Source: Deltaproteobacteria bacterium (GTDB lineage Bacteria > Desulfobacterota > B13-G15 > RBG-16-54-18). Taken from it: a stretch of DNA of 64,000 bases. Under the pieces are notes generated by a model, which was given only the letters and a program-made list of their open reading frames with translations, ran no database searches and was not told the DNA's origin. How positions within the stretch are numbered: position 1 is the stretch's first letter; every line of letters begins with the position of its first letter. The DNA lies in the NCBI GenBank assembly GCA_016927065.1, contig JAFGNJ010000028.1, positions 5,165-69,164 on the forward strand, given 5' to 3'. A program made the translations under genes and the position numbers. Positions 1 through 10,697 of this stretch are shown here, in pieces.

Positions 1-1
1 A

Positions 2-835
2 ACAGGGGTGGGGAAATCGGGGATCATTGGTCAAAAGATCGCCTCAACGCTGGCCAGCACCGGCACCCCCGCCTTTTTCCTGCACCCTACCGAAGGGATA
101 CACGGCGACCTCGGCATGCTGGACAAAAAGGACATCGTCGTGGCCATCTCCAATAGCGGAGAGACGGATGAGCTCTCACAGATCCTCCCACTTATTAAGC
201 GATATGGAAACAAACTGATTGTCCTCACCGGAGGGGCCACATCGACCCTGGCCCGGTCCGGGGACGTAGTATTGGATGTGAGCGTCCAGGAAGAGGCTTG
301 CCCCCTGGGGTTGGCCCCTACGGCCAGCACGACCGTCACCCTGGCCATGGGGGACGCCCTGGCGGTCGCCCTCCTGGAGAAGAGGGGTTTTAAAAAGGAG
401 GACTTTGCTCTCCGACACCCGGGAGGAAAACTGGGCAAGCGGCTCCTGCTCACGGTGAGCGACCTGATGCACGTGGGTGAGGAACTCCCCACGGTATTTG
501 AGGATACCTCGATGAAGGAAGCGGTCGTGGAGATCACCTCTAAGCGGCTGGGGGTAACGGGGGTCTTAAACAAACAAAAAGAATTGATGGGGGTGATTAC
601 TGATGGAGACCTGCGCCGCGCCCTGGAGAATCACGGTAATCTTTTGGAGAAGAAGGCCGCGGAGATCATGACTAGGAACCCCAAGTGGATCGAGGCCGAC
701 ACCCTCGCCGCCGAGGCAGTTCAGCACATGGAGGAATACGCCATCACCTCCCTCTTTGTCTTCGACAAGGCCGGGGACAGGGTTCCGCGGGGGATCATCC
801 ACCTCCATGATCTCCTCAAGGCCGGGGTGGTCTGA
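2..835 (+). CDS. kdsD: Arabinose-5-phosphate isomerase KdsD/KpsF (SIS domain + tandem CBS), 5' end truncated by window edge
   Basis: ORF 8..835 stays open back to nt 2. SIS motif VVAISNSGETDE and C-terminal CBS pair are present. It lies directly upstream of kdsC-lptC-lptA-lptB as in the canonical locus. Confidence 0.85.
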   Translation, partial: TGVGKSGIIGQKIASTLASTGTPAFFLHPTEGIHGDLGMLDKKDIVVAISNSGETDELSQILPLIKRYGNKLIVLTGGATSTLARSGDVVLDVSVQEEACPLGLAPTASTTVTLAMGDALAVALLEKRGFKKEDFALRHPGGKLGKRLLLTVSDLMHVGEELPTVFEDTSMKEAVVEITSKRLGVTGVLNKQKELMGVITDGDLRRALENHGNLLEKKAAEIMTRNPKWIEADTLAAEAVQHMEEYAITSLFVFDKAGDRVPRGIIHLHDLLKAGVV

Positions 836-837
836 GA

Positions 838-1373
838 TGGCTGGAGCCATCACCAAACAGATACGGAAGCGGGCGGCGCGGGTGAGGCTCTTGGTCCTCG
901 ATGTCGATGGGGTGTTGACCGATGGAAGGATTATCATGGATCATGAGGGGAGAGAAATCAAGGCCTTCGATGTGCGGGACGGACACGGCATCAAACTCCT
1001 CAGAGAGGCGGGAACCGAAGTGGCGGTGCTGACGGGAAGGAGTTCAACGGTGGTCCAGCACAGGGCCGATGATCTGGGCATCCCTTGGGTACAACAGGGG
1101 GTCAACGATAAGGTAAAGGCCTATCAGGAGATAGCTCGCGCGGTGGGGATCAAGGATGAAGAGACCTGTTTTGTCGGCGATGATGTGGTGGATATTCCAC
1201 TCTTGAAACGGGTGGGTCTACCCGTCGTGGTAGCCGATGGCGTGCACGAGGCGAAGCAGTGCGCCCTCTATATCACCCAATCCCCCGGCGGGAGGGGGGC
1301 GGTGCGAGAGGTGTGCGACCTCCTCTTGCAGGCCCAGGATAAATGGGATGAGATCATGAGGAGGTATGCATGA
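838..1373 (+). CDS. kdsC: 3-deoxy-D-manno-octulosonate 8-phosphate phosphatase (HAD family)
   Basis: HAD motif LLVLDVDGVLTDG and downstream GDDVVD. ATG at 838 lies 3 nt after the kdsD stop. The tracked ORF start at 756 overlaps kdsD and is probably not used. Confidence 0.8.
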
Positions 1374-1921
1374 AGCTATCCAAGCTGGTTATCCTTATCT
1401 GCATGGGGGTTGTCCTCTCAGCAATCGGGGTTTATCTTCTCTTTGGAGAGGGGGATGATAACGAATTGATCATGCCTGAGGTGAAAGACGCGGCCGAAAG
1501 AACCGCTGACCTCACCATTGAGGACATTCACTACGTGGAGACGAAGGGGGAAAAGAAAGCGTGGGAGTTGAGGGCGAAGACCGGGCAGCATTTTCGCGAA
1601 GCCGACTACACCACCCTTGAAGACCTGACGGTTACCTTCTACGCCGAGGGGGGACGCATCATCACCTTGAAGGGCAACAAGGGATCTGTAAAGGGTAGGG
1701 AAGAGATTGAGGTGTCCGGAGATGTGGTTATTACTTCGAGTGATGGGTATCGTGTTATCGCCGACTCCCTTCACTATAGCGATGAGGCGCAGCAGATTGT
1801 TACCGACGGTCCCGTCACGCTTGAGGGTAAGGGGGTGCAGGTGAAGGGGGTGGGTGCCGTGGTCGATTTGCAAACGAAGAGAGTCTCTATATTAAGAAAG
1901 GTCCAGACGGTGATCAAATGA
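1370..1921 (+). CDS. lptC: LPS export protein LptC (N-terminal membrane anchor, periplasmic beta-jellyroll)
   Basis: Single N-terminal TM helix and size about 180 aa. Position between kdsC and lptA. Start overlaps kdsC stop (ATGA). Confidence 0.65.
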   Translation: MKLSKLVILICMGVVLSAIGVYLLFGEGDDNELIMPEVKDAAERTADLTIEDIHYVETKGEKKAWELRAKTGQHFREADYTTLEDLTVTFYAEGGRIITLKGNKGSVKGREEIEVSGDVVITSSDGYRVIADSLHYSDEAQQIVTDGPVTLEGKGVQVKGVGAVVDLQTKRVSILRKVQTVIK

Positions 1922-2415
1922 TGAAAAGGTTTACGTATACAATCGCTGTTCTTATTATAGGGCTGTTGGTGCACCCGGCCTCGGCCCAGGTGATGGAAGA
2001 ATTTAAGGGGAAGAAGAGCCCTGTCCATATTACTTCTCAACGCTTGGAGGCCGAGTATGAGAAAAAACTCATTACCTTTATCGGTGATGTTGTGGCACGG
2101 CAAGAGGAGTTCACACTCTATGCCGACCGTCTTCTACTCTTTCTCGCCGATAACATGGATGACATCGACAAGATCGTGGCTCGGGGTAATGTGCATATGG
2201 AGCAGGGAACTAGAAAGGCCACGTGCCGGGAGGCCATTTATTACCACAGGGAAGGAAGACTTGTATTACAGGGGGAACCAGTGGTGAGAGAAGGTGACAA
2301 CTGGGTTAAGGGTAAGCGAATTATCTACTACATCGAAGAACAGAAGAGCGTGGCCGAGGGTGAGGGAACGGAACGAGTGTCTGTTACCATCACCCCCCGT
2401 GAGGTGAAGGAATGA
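1918..2415 (+). CDS. lptA: LPS transport periplasmic protein LptA (OstA-N domain)
   Basis: Signal peptide ending ASAQ. OstA-like repeats (GNVHMEQG..., LVLQGEPVV). Between lptC and lptB with 4-nt overlaps. Confidence 0.75.
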   Translation: MMKRFTYTIAVLIIGLLVHPASAQVMEEFKGKKSPVHITSQRLEAEYEKKLITFIGDVVARQEEFTLYADRLLLFLADNMDDIDKIVARGNVHMEQGTRKATCREAIYYHREGRLVLQGEPVVREGDNWVKGKRIIYYIEEQKSVAEGEGTERVSVTITPREVKE

Positions 2416-3197
2416 AAGTTCAGAGCAGACAAACCCTGGAGACCTTCGATCTCACCAAGGCCTATAATGGTAGGGTAGTCGTAGACAGGGTGAACCTGAA
2501 AATCCAAGCAGGCGAGGTAGTGGGCTTATTGGGTCCCAACGGGGCCGGGAAGACTACCACCTTTTATATGATCATCGGTTTGATCAGGCCAGATCGAGGG
2601 AAGGTATTGTTTAATGGGGAAGACATTAGGACGCTCCCCATGTACCAACGTGCCAGACGAGGGATTACCTACCTGCCACAAGAGCCCTCGGTTTTCAGAA
2701 AATTGACCGTTGAGGAAAACATTTTGGCCATATTGGAAACGTTGAATATCGCCCGGGAGGAGAAGGTGCAGCGGCTCCAAAGTCTCTTGAAAGAGCTCAA
2801 TATCGCGCACCTGGCCCAGAATAAGGCCTACTCGCTTTCGGGGGGGGAACGACGCAGGGTGGAGATTACAAGGGCCCTTGTTTTATCACCTTCACTGATC
2901 CTCCTTGATGAACCATTTGCGGGGATTGATCCTTTGGCGGTCATCGATATTCAAAAAATCATCCATCAACTCAAGCAAAAAGGCATTGGCGTGATTGTCA
3001 CCGATCACAATGTCCGAGAGACACTGCATGTGTGTGATCGGGCGTATATATTAAATGAGGGAAAAATATTGGAGACGGGTACCCCGAAGAAGATCGCGGC
3101 CAGTCAGAAGGCCCGTGAGATATACCTCGGGGAGCACTTTAAATTGGAACGAAGGGGGCGCGGGAAAAAACGGGAGAGCCCCCCAGCGGCTCAGTAG
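2412..3197 (+). CDS. lptB: LPS export ABC transporter ATP-binding protein LptB
   Basis: Walker A GPNGAGKTT, ABC signature LSGGERRRV and Walker B ILLDEPFAG. Immediately upstream of rpoN. Confidence 0.9.
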   Translation: MKVQSRQTLETFDLTKAYNGRVVVDRVNLKIQAGEVVGLLGPNGAGKTTTFYMIIGLIRPDRGKVLFNGEDIRTLPMYQRARRGITYLPQEPSVFRKLTVEENILAILETLNIAREEKVQRLQSLLKELNIAHLAQNKAYSLSGGERRRVEITRALVLSPSLILLDEPFAGIDPLAVIDIQKIIHQLKQKGIGVIVTDHNVRETLHVCDRAYILNEGKILETGTPKKIAASQKAREIYLGEHFKLERRGRGKKRESPPAAQ

Positions 3198-3208
3198 AGG
3201 TAAGAACG

Positions 3209-4630
3209 ATGGCCATGGAGATTAAACAAGATCTCAGGTTGACTCAACAGCTGGTCATGACCCCCCAACTGCAGCAGGCCATCAAGCTGTTGCAACTCTC
3301 TCGGATGGAACTCCAGGAGATCATCGAGCAGGAGATCAAAGAAAATCCCGTACTTGAAGAGGATGCTGGCCTGGAGGAAAAGACCGGCCTGGAAGAGCGA
3401 GAGCAACAGGAGACCGCCGCCGAGGTTGATGCCGAGGTCGATGCTGTTGAATCCATCAAAGATTACGATTGGGAAACATATATGGAAGGCCACGGTATGA
3501 CCAGCTATTCCTCGCAGCGGACCGATGGAGAAGAAACCCCATGGGAGAACTTCGTTACCCGCCAGGTCACGCTTGCCGATTATTTGCTGTGGCAGCTGAG
3601 GATGAGCCCCGCGACCTCTCACGAGCAGGAAATCGGTGCCGTTATCATCGGCAATATCGACGAGAATGGTTATCTTCAGGGATCTTTGGAAGATGTCTGT
3701 AGGGAGTCGGAGGTTTCTACAACAGGTGCAGAGGCCGTGCTTAAGCTCATCCAGTCTTTTGATCCTCCGGGGGTAGGGGCACGAGATCTACAAGAATGTC
3801 TTCTTATCCAGCTTGAAAATCTGCCCGAGAAAGATTCTTTAGCTGAAGAGATTGTGAAACAGCACCTTGCATACTGCAAAAAGAGAGACTACCAGGTGTT
3901 GGCCAGGAAGTTAAAGGTCTCTCTCGCTCAGGTCTTAGAGGCCGTTGAGATCATATCTCATCTTGATCCCAAACCAGGACGTCCCTTTAGTTCAGAAGTG
4001 GCGAGGGTTATTATTCCCGACGTCTACATCTCTAAGGTGGAAGGGGACTATGTGGTTTTCTTAAATGATGATGGTTTGCCTAAACTGCGCATCAATAGCT
4101 ATTATCGTGAACTCATCGATACCAAGAAGGATAATGTTCCCCGTGGGTATCTCAAGGAAAAGATGAAATCGGCGCTGTGGCTCATCAGGAGTATCCAGCA
4201 GAGGCAGATGACACTGTATAAGGTCACGAAAAGCATCGTCAAGTTTCAAAGGGACTTTCTCGAAGACGGGATTGATTGTTTGAAACCGTTGGTGTTACGT
4301 GAGGTGGCTGATGACATCCAGATGCATGAGTCCACCGTGAGTCGCGTTACGACGAATAAATATGCCCATACGCCGCAAGGCATCTATGAGCTGAAGTTTT
4401 TCTTTAGCGGCAAGGTTGGAGGGTTTGGTGAGGAGGTAGCAGTTAAGCGGGTGCAAAACCTGATCAAACAGGTCATTGGGGAAGAGGACTGCCGTAGGCC
4501 CTATAGCGACGAAAAGATATGTCAGCTGTTAAAAGAGAGGCACCATATCACCATAGCCCGTCGAACGGTGGCCAAGTATCGAGAGATGATGAAAATCCTC
4601 TCTTCCAGTGATAGGAAAAAGGTCATGTAG
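3209..4630 (+). CDS. rpoN: RNA polymerase sigma-54 factor
   Basis: N-terminal LRLTQQLVMTPQLQQAIKLLQLSRMEL activator-interaction region, acidic linker, and C-terminal RpoN box ARRTVAKYRE. Confidence 0.95.
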   Translation: MAMEIKQDLRLTQQLVMTPQLQQAIKLLQLSRMELQEIIEQEIKENPVLEEDAGLEEKTGLEEREQQETAAEVDAEVDAVESIKDYDWETYMEGHGMTSYSSQRTDGEETPWENFVTRQVTLADYLLWQLRMSPATSHEQEIGAVIIGNIDENGYLQGSLEDVCRESEVSTTGAEAVLKLIQSFDPPGVGARDLQECLLIQLENLPEKDSLAEEIVKQHLAYCKKRDYQVLARKLKVSLAQVLEAVEIISHLDPKPGRPFSSEVARVIIPDVYISKVEGDYVVFLNDDGLPKLRINSYYRELIDTKKDNVPRGYLKEKMKSALWLIRSIQQRQMTLYKVTKSIVKFQRDFLEDGIDCLKPLVLREVADDIQMHESTVSRVTTNKYAHTPQGIYELKFFFSGKVGGFGEEVAVKRVQNLIKQVIGEEDCRRPYSDEKICQLLKERHHITIARRTVAKYREMMKILSSSDRKKVM

Positions 4631-4652
4631 TCCTGGAAGCAGGGCTATATCC

Positions 4653-4681
4653 TTGACAACTCTTTTTGCTTTAGTTAAGAT
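4653..4681 (+). promoter_or_regulatory. Possible sigma-70-type promoter for hpf (TTGACA-N17-TAAGAT)
   Basis: TTGACA at 4653..4658 and TAAGAT at 4676..4681 with 17-nt spacer, about 45 nt upstream of the hpf start. Confidence 0.3.
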
Positions 4682-4727
4682 TCAAAATTTCATATGAAAT
4701 GACGAAACCTAATGAACGGAGGAATAG

Positions 4728-5042
4728 ATGCAAATAAACATAACCTTTAGGCACATGGAGCCTGTCAACCCCTTAAAAAACTACATCGAGGAGAGACTCC
4801 AAAAGATAAAAAAGTATCTTCATGAACCCGTCGAAGCCCATGTTGTCCTCTCAACGGAAAAATTCAGACATATAATAGAGGTGAATATCATGGCTGGTAA
4901 CGGGACCACCATACACGGGATGAAAAGTATGGAGGATGTCCATGCTGCCATCGACGGTGTCGTGGACAAGATAGAGCGTCAGATTAAGAAGCAATTGGAC
5001 AAATCAAAACATCCGAAGAGAAAGCAGTTAAAGTCACCGTGA
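4728..5042 (+). CDS. hpf: Ribosome hibernation promoting factor / sigma-54 modulation protein (short HPF/RaiA type)
   Basis: MQINITFRHMEP...HVVLS...IHGMKSMEDVHAAIDGVVDKIERQ is typical of the YfiA/HPF family. Conserved position downstream of rpoN. Confidence 0.85.
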   Translation: MQINITFRHMEPVNPLKNYIEERLQKIKKYLHEPVEAHVVLSTEKFRHIIEVNIMAGNGTTIHGMKSMEDVHAAIDGVVDKIERQIKKQLDKSKHPKRKQLKSP

Positions 5043-5055
5043 ACGTGGTGAGGCT

Positions 5056-5526
5056 ATGAAAATAACCGACATATTAGACGCAAACTCCGTTATTGAGGAA
5101 CTCAACTCCCAGGATAAGAAGGGAGCGTTGGAAGAGTTGGTTGCTATTTTGGTTGAAAACAGCAGACTGTCGGAGCAAGAGGACCCCGTACAGATCCTTT
5201 TGGAGAGAGAGCGATTAGGCAGCACGGGCATTGGGGATGGTATCGCCATACCCCACGGCAAGCTAAGAGAAATCAACACAATTCTCTGCTCTTTTGGTCG
5301 AAGCAGCAAAGGTATTAATTTTCAGGCTATCGATGAAAAGCCAACTCATCTCTTTTTCTTGCTGCTTGCTCCTGAAGATAGTGCCGGCGAGCACCTCCAA
5401 GCCTTGGCCAGATTGTCGCGACTGTTAAAGGATGTCCGATTTAGGAAGCGTTTGATGGAGGCCACTACCAAGGAAGAGATATACCGACTCATCGTGGAAG
5501 AAGACGAACACTACGAGCTACCATAG
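5056..5526 (+). CDS. ptsN: PTS IIA-Ntr nitrogen regulatory protein
   Basis: EIIA(Fru/Ntr) fold with active-site region GIGDGIAIPHGKL. Conserved rpoN-hpf-ptsN order. Confidence 0.85.
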   Translation: MKITDILDANSVIEELNSQDKKGALEELVAILVENSRLSEQEDPVQILLERERLGSTGIGDGIAIPHGKLREINTILCSFGRSSKGINFQAIDEKPTHLFFLLLAPEDSAGEHLQALARLSRLLKDVRFRKRLMEATTKEEIYRLIVEEDEHYELP

Positions 5527-5535
5527 AGGAGTGAC

Positions 5536-6078
5536 ATGAAGCGGGACAAACCCCTCCGTATCAGTCTGCATGGTGTCTTACTTGATGTACTCGGGGTGGG
5601 GGTTCTCATTTTGGGCAAGAGCGGTGTCGGCAAAACAGAGTGCGCCCTTGACCTCGTCATACGTGGCCATCGCCTCGTGGTTGATGATCTTATCCAAATA
5701 GAAAAGGGTCATGAGGGGGGACTCTATGGCTTCAGTCATGAACTGGGACGGCATCACATGGAGATCAGGGGTTTGGGCATTATTGACATTGAGAAGCTTT
5801 TCGGTATATCAGCCACCAGTGAAAAAAAGCAGGTTGAACTTGTCATTGAACTGATAGAATCTGAGAAGTATATCAAAGACCGCGTGGGGCTGGACGAGGA
5901 AACTACTACTATTATGGAAGTAGAGGTTCCCTACAAGCGGATTCCCGTGAGGGCGGGTAGAAACCTGAGCGCGATCGTAGAAGTGGCTGTCAGAGATTTT
6001 CTCCTTAAGAAAAGGGGATATCATGCAGCCAGGGAGTTCGAGCAAGAACTTCTTAAGAGCCTTAACAAGAAAAGTTAG
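5536..6078 (+). CDS. hprK: HPr kinase/phosphorylase, short form (kinase domain only)
   Basis: P-loop LILGKSGVGKTECALDL and HprK C-terminal domain signature. 180 aa, as in proteobacterial short HprK. Confidence 0.85.
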   Translation: MKRDKPLRISLHGVLLDVLGVGVLILGKSGVGKTECALDLVIRGHRLVVDDLIQIEKGHEGGLYGFSHELGRHHMEIRGLGIIDIEKLFGISATSEKKQVELVIELIESEKYIKDRVGLDEETTTIMEVEVPYKRIPVRAGRNLSAIVEVAVRDFLLKKRGYHAAREFEQELLKSLNKKS

Positions 6079-6168
6079 CATGTAAATCTTAGGCGTATCC
6101 TAAAACGGGACGGTACTTTGCAGGAAGGGGCTTATGGTGTTCCTCCACGGAGGTTGACAGAATAAGGC

Positions 6169-7038
6169 GTGAAACCGCTGCAGATCACAATCATTAGCGG
6201 CCTTTCGGGGTCGGGAAAATCTACGGTGGTGAGGACGTTGGAGGATAACGGATTCTATTGCATAGATAATATGCCGGCAACGCTTATCCCTACCTTTGTC
6301 GAACTCTGTCAACATTCCATGAGAGAGGTTTCAAAGGTGGCCATTGTGGTGGACATTAGGGGAAAGGAGTTTTTGGAGGATTTTCAAAAACGTGTCCAGG
6401 CCCTCCGTGAAGGAGGTCATACGGTAGTAATACTCTTCCTCGAATCGAAGGACGACGTGCTTATCAGACGCTACAGCGAGACCAGACGTAGTCACCCCGT
6501 GGGGAAGGAGCGAGGGCTCTCTCTCTCTGAAGCCGTTAAAGAAGAACGAGGGGAAATGGCCTTTTTAAGAGAGATCGCTGATGAAGTCATTGATACATCT
6601 GATCTCAACGTCCATCAGCTTCGGGATAGTATCAGGGAACGTCTGACGGCCTCCCCTGCCAAACAGATGAAGACAACCCTTCTCTCCTTCGGCTACAGTT
6701 ACGGGTTACCACCAGAGGCCGACATCGTCATGGATGTTCGTCTGCTCCCTAACCCCTTTTTTGTCCGGGAGCTTCGAGGGTTCACCGGCAAGGATAAGAA
6801 GGTAAGAGACTACGTCCTGAAACAGGAGGAGACCGGCACCTTTCTTCAACGGTTCAGTGAAATGATAGAATACTTGATTCCTTTGTATGAAAAGGAAGGG
6901 AAGTCTTATTTGACCATTGCCATCGGCTGCACAGGGGGGAAACACCGTTCGGTGGTAATCGCTGAACACTTTGCTGCCACATTGGAGCAGCGGGGTAAGA
7001 AGGTCACGGTAAGACACCGTGATATAGAGAGAGGTTGA
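6169..7038 (+). CDS. rapZ: RNase adapter protein RapZ (YhbJ)
   Basis: GTG start. N-terminal P-loop IISGLSGSGKST. C-terminal region with GCTGGKHRS motif characteristic of the RapZ family. Confidence 0.85.
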   Translation: MKPLQITIISGLSGSGKSTVVRTLEDNGFYCIDNMPATLIPTFVELCQHSMREVSKVAIVVDIRGKEFLEDFQKRVQALREGGHTVVILFLESKDDVLIRRYSETRRSHPVGKERGLSLSEAVKEERGEMAFLREIADEVIDTSDLNVHQLRDSIRERLTASPAKQMKTTLLSFGYSYGLPPEADIVMDVRLLPNPFFVRELRGFTGKDKKVRDYVLKQEETGTFLQRFSEMIEYLIPLYEKEGKSYLTIAIGCTGGKHRSVVIAEHFAATLEQRGKKVTVRHRDIERG

Positions 7039-7039
7039 C

Positions 7040-7468
7040 ATGAATAAAATGATTGGGGTTGTAATCGTCACGCATTCTGCCTTGGCAGATGAGTTTCTCT
7101 TGGCTACCCAACAGATCGTCGGTACGGTAGAGGGGATAGAACCTATTTCCATTGATCCTTCCGATCCTATAGAAGAAGTGGAAAAAAGGATCAAAAAGGG
7201 AATCAAGAAAGTGGATATGGGTATTGGGGTTTTGGTCTTGACCGACATGTTCGGCGGCACCCCCTCCAATATCAGCCTCTCCTTTCAGGAGAAGGGAAAG
7301 GTGGAGATCGTGACAGGAGTCAACCTTCCGATGCTGATCAAGCTCTCCACCATGCGGGAGGAAAAGACACTTGAAGAGTTGGCTACCTTCATCAAATTGT
7401 ATGGGCAAAAGAATATACACTTAGCGAGTGAGATCTTAGAGAGAAATGCAGGGAGTGAAAAGCAATAG
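7040..7468 (+). CDS. PTS EIIA component, mannose/fructose family (regulatory EIIA-Man-like)
   Basis: MIGVVIVTHSALADE N-terminus carries the phosphorylatable His context of EIIA-Man. No EIIB/C/D permease genes nearby. Confidence 0.7.
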   Translation: MNKMIGVVIVTHSALADEFLLATQQIVGTVEGIEPISIDPSDPIEEVEKRIKKGIKKVDMGIGVLVLTDMFGGTPSNISLSFQEKGKVEIVTGVNLPMLIKLSTMREEKTLEELATFIKLYGQKNIHLASEILERNAGSEKQ

Positions 7469-7776
7469 TGGCGCAGTTCGAGGAACGAACATTTACTATT
7501 AAAAACAAGCTAGGTCTCCATGCCCGTGCAGCCAATATTGTCGTCCAGGTAGCCAGCAACTATGAGTGCACTATTACATTTGAAAAGGATGGAATTGAGG
7601 CCAACGCGAAGAGCATAATGGGTCTCTTGTTGCTCGCTGCGGCTCATGGTTCAAAGATAGTGATTAAGGCCGCGGGAAGGGATTGCAGAGAGGCCATTGA
7701 AGAAATAGGAAGACTGATCGAGGATAACTTTGGTGAAAAAGAGGACACAGTCCGCCAGCGAAGAAAAGATTCTTAA
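7468..7776 (+). CDS. ptsH: Phosphocarrier protein HPr with a short C-terminal tail
   Basis: GTG start. Active-site GLHARAA (His-15 context) and regulatory Ser region KSIMGL. The tail [14 protein letters not shown] overlaps the ptsI start. Confidence 0.85.
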   Translation: MAQFEERTFTIKNKLGLHARAANIVVQVASNYECTITFEKDGIEANAKSIMGLLLLAAAHGSKIVIKAAGRDCREAIEEIGRLIEDNFGEKEDTVRQRRKDS

Positions 7777-9517
7777 AGGGATTGGCGTTTCTCCAGGGAT
7801 CGTAATCGGGAAGGTTGCGCTCTTGGAGCGTGAACGCACAACGTTCATTCCCCGTAAGATAATAGCGGGACAGGTCTCTTCCGAAATCAGACGGTTCGAA
7901 GAGGCCATCGAGACATCGAAAAAACAGCTGGAGGAGATCAAACAGCGGGTCTTTGCAAAGGGGTTCAGGCAGTACTCCTACATCCTAGATGTCCATCTCA
8001 GAGTGATGGAAGATCGCATGCTGCACGGAGAAACCATCACGATGATCCGCGAGAAACTCGTGAATACGGAGTGGGCCCTCAAGGCTACTTTGGACAAGAT
8101 CTCCGAGGCCTTCGACGCCATCGAAGACGAATATCTAAAAGAAAGAAAAGAGGACATAAGGCACGTTGTAGAGAGGATTCAGAATAACCTCATGGGAGAG
8201 GGGCTTGGGACCATAGAAGATCTTGAGGAAGAAACGATTGTTGTAGCCCATGATCTCTCTCCCGCGGATACCATTCAATTAAACCTCCAAAAGGTGATTG
8301 GCATCGCTACCGACGTAGGAGGCAAGACGTCGCATACTGCCATTGTCTCTCGTTCGCTTGAGATCCCGGCTGTTGTGGGCCTTGCAGAAGTCACGTCCTA
8401 TGTAACCGGCGGCGAAACGATCATCATTGACGGGGGTGAAGGAATAGTCATTGTCGCCCCCTCACCCGCAACAAAAAAGACGTATCAACTCAAGCAGCGG
8501 CACTACCGCTATCTCGAACGTGAACTCCTCAAATACTCGACCCTGAGGGCTGAAACACAGGACGGACACTACCTTACCTTGCAAGCAAACATAGAAATTC
8601 TTGAAGAAATTCCCTCGGTCATCCAGTACGGGGCCGAAGGTATAGGTTTGTACCGTACCGAATACCTCTATTTAAACAGAAAAACCATTCCGGATGAGGA
8701 GGAACACTTTCAGCTCTACAAACGACTGGTCGAGGAGATAGCCCCGTACTCCGCCACCATCAGGACCATCGATCTGGGAGGAGATAAATTCGCCTCTCAC
8801 ATCGAGCTGGCTGAGCAGATGAATCCGGCCATGGGGCTGCGGGCCATCCGATTTTGCCTCATGGAGCAGGATATTTTTAAGGCGCAGCTGCGAGGGATTC
8901 TACGGGCCAGTGCTTATGGCCAGGTCAAAATACTCCTGCCCATGATCTCAGGGGTGGAAGAGCTCCGAGAGGTAAAGGCTATTTGGGACGATGCTAAAGA
9001 TGAGCTTGCAAGCCGAGGCGTTGAATTCAAAGATGATATTCCCCTTGGGGTTATGATCGAGATCCCTTCCGCCGCCATCACCGCTGATATTCTCGCTCGC
9101 GAGGTCGATTTTTTCAGCATTGGGACGAATGATCTCATTCAGTACTCCCTTGCCATCGATCGGACAAACCAATATGTCTCATATCTCTATGAACCCCTTC
9201 ACCCCGCCATCGTGCGCCATATAAAAGGGGTGGTGGACTGCGCCCATAAGGCGGGGATCGAGGTGGGGATCTGTGGGGAGATGGCTGCCGATCCTCTCTA
9301 TACCCTGATTTTTTTGGGGTTGGGGCTCGATGAATTGAGCATGCATCCCATGGCCATACCCCGGATAAAAAAGGTCCTGCGGCGTTCCACCCGCACCGAT
9401 GGGGAGCACCTCTTGAAAGAGGTCTTGCAGTTTTCAACCGCTCGCGAAACCGAGTACTTTATCCGAAAAGAGATGGCCGAACGATTTCCAGAGGATTTTA
9501 TCCAATGTATGGAATAA
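7730..9517 (+). CDS. ptsI: Phosphoenolpyruvate-protein phosphotransferase (Enzyme I)
   Basis: [16 protein letters not shown]-terminus, [17 protein letters not shown] phosphohistidine region, and C-terminal PEP-utilizing domain. The start is TTG 7730 or GTG 7733 and overlaps ptsH by about 45 nt. Confidence 0.93.
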   Translation: MVKKRTQSASEEKILKGIGVSPGIVIGKVALLERERTTFIPRKIIAGQVSSEIRRFEEAIETSKKQLEEIKQRVFAKGFRQYSYILDVHLRVMEDRMLHGETITMIREKLVNTEWALKATLDKISEAFDAIEDEYLKERKEDIRHVVERIQNNLMGEGLGTIEDLEEETIVVAHDLSPADTIQLNLQKVIGIATDVGGKTSHTAIVSRSLEIPAVVGLAEVTSYVTGGETIIIDGGEGIVIVAPSPATKKTYQLKQRHYRYLERELLKYSTLRAETQDGHYLTLQANIEILEEIPSVIQYGAEGIGLYRTEYLYLNRKTIPDEEEHFQLYKRLVEEIAPYSATIRTIDLGGDKFASHIELAEQMNPAMGLRAIRFCLMEQDIFKAQLRGILRASAYGQVKILLPMISGVEELREVKAIWDDAKDELASRGVEFKDDIPLGVMIEIPSAAITADILAREVDFFSIGTNDLIQYSLAIDRTNQYVSYLYEPLHPAIVRHIKGVVDCAHKAGIEVGICGEMAADPLYTLIFLGLGLDELSMHPMAIPRIKKVLRRSTRTDGEHLLKEVLQFSTARETEYFIRKEMAERFPEDFIQCME

Positions 9518-9539
9518 AAAGAGAAGGAGGAATAGGTAC

Positions 9540-10697
9540 ATGGCTATGACCAACTTTTTGTTTACCTCCGAGTCGGTAACGGAGGGGCACCCCGACAAGG
9601 TGGCCGATCAAGTATCAGACGCCATCCTCGATGCCATCATCAAAGAAGATCCCCGCGGGCGGGTCGCCTGTGAGTGTCTGGTGACCACCGGCCTCGCCCT
9701 TATTGCAGGGGAGATCACCACTGAGTGCTATGTGGAAATGCCGAAGATCGTTAGGGAGACCATCAAGGAGATCGGTTACAACGACTCTTCCATGGGCTTC
9801 GATTGGGAGACCTGCGCGATACTCACCTCTATCGATCAACAGTCTCCGGACATCGCCATGGGGGTCAACGGTGAGGAACAGGGGGCGGGCGACCAGGGGC
9901 TCATGGTCGGCTATGCATGCAATGAAACCCCCGAGCTGATGCCCATGTCCATCGACTTTGCCCACAAGCTTACCAAACGGCTGGCCTACGTCCGCAAGGC
10001 CGGGATCCTCGATTTCCTGCGCCCTGACGGCAAATCCCAGGTAACTGTTCAATATATCGAAGGAAAACCGAGGCGCGTGGACGCGGTCGTCATCGCCGCC
10101 CAGCACACCCCGGACGTAAAGTACGATGTTCTCAAGGAAGGGATCATTGAAGAGGTGATTAAGCACGTCATACCTGAGGAACTCAGGGATAAGGATACTA
10201 AATATTACATAAATACCACCGGCAGGTTCGTAACCGGTGGGCCGTTGGCCGACTGCGGGATGACGGGGCGAAAGATCATCGTCGACACCTACGGCGGGCG
10301 GGGGAGCCACGGCGGCGGCGCCTTCTCGGGGAAGGACCCGTCCAAGGTGGACCGCAGCAGCTCCTATATGGCCAGGCATGTGGCCAAGAATATTGTGGCC
10401 GCCGGCCTGGCGGAGACGTGCGAGATCCAGATCGCCTACACCATCGGCAAGGCCGAGCCCGTCTCCATCATGTTGGACACCAAGGGGACAGGGAAGATCC
10501 CGTCTGATAAGCTGGCCAAGATCGTGAATGAGTTGTTTGACCTCAGACCGGCACGGATCATCCAGTATCTGAACCTCCTGCGCCCTATCTTTCACAAGAC
10601 GGCTTGTTACGGGCACTTCGGCAGAAACGAGCCGGAGTTCACCTGGGAGCAGACGAACAGGGCGGATGAACTGAAAAAGGCAGCAGGCGGTAAATAA
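9540..10697 (+). CDS. metK: S-adenosylmethionine synthetase
   Basis: [26 protein letters not shown] and [16 protein letters not shown] signatures. Confidence 0.97.
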   Translation: MAMTNFLFTSESVTEGHPDKVADQVSDAILDAIIKEDPRGRVACECLVTTGLALIAGEITTECYVEMPKIVRETIKEIGYNDSSMGFDWETCAILTSIDQQSPDIAMGVNGEEQGAGDQGLMVGYACNETPELMPMSIDFAHKLTKRLAYVRKAGILDFLRPDGKSQVTVQYIEGKPRRVDAVVIAAQHTPDVKYDVLKEGIIEEVIKHVIPEELRDKDTKYYINTTGRFVTGGPLADCGMTGRKIIVDTYGGRGSHGGGAFSGKDPSKVDRSSSYMARHVAKNIVAAGLAETCEIQIAYTIGKAEPVSIMLDTKGTGKIPSDKLAKIVNELFDLRPARIIQYLNLLRPIFHKTACYGHFGRNEPEFTWEQTNRADELKKAAGGK

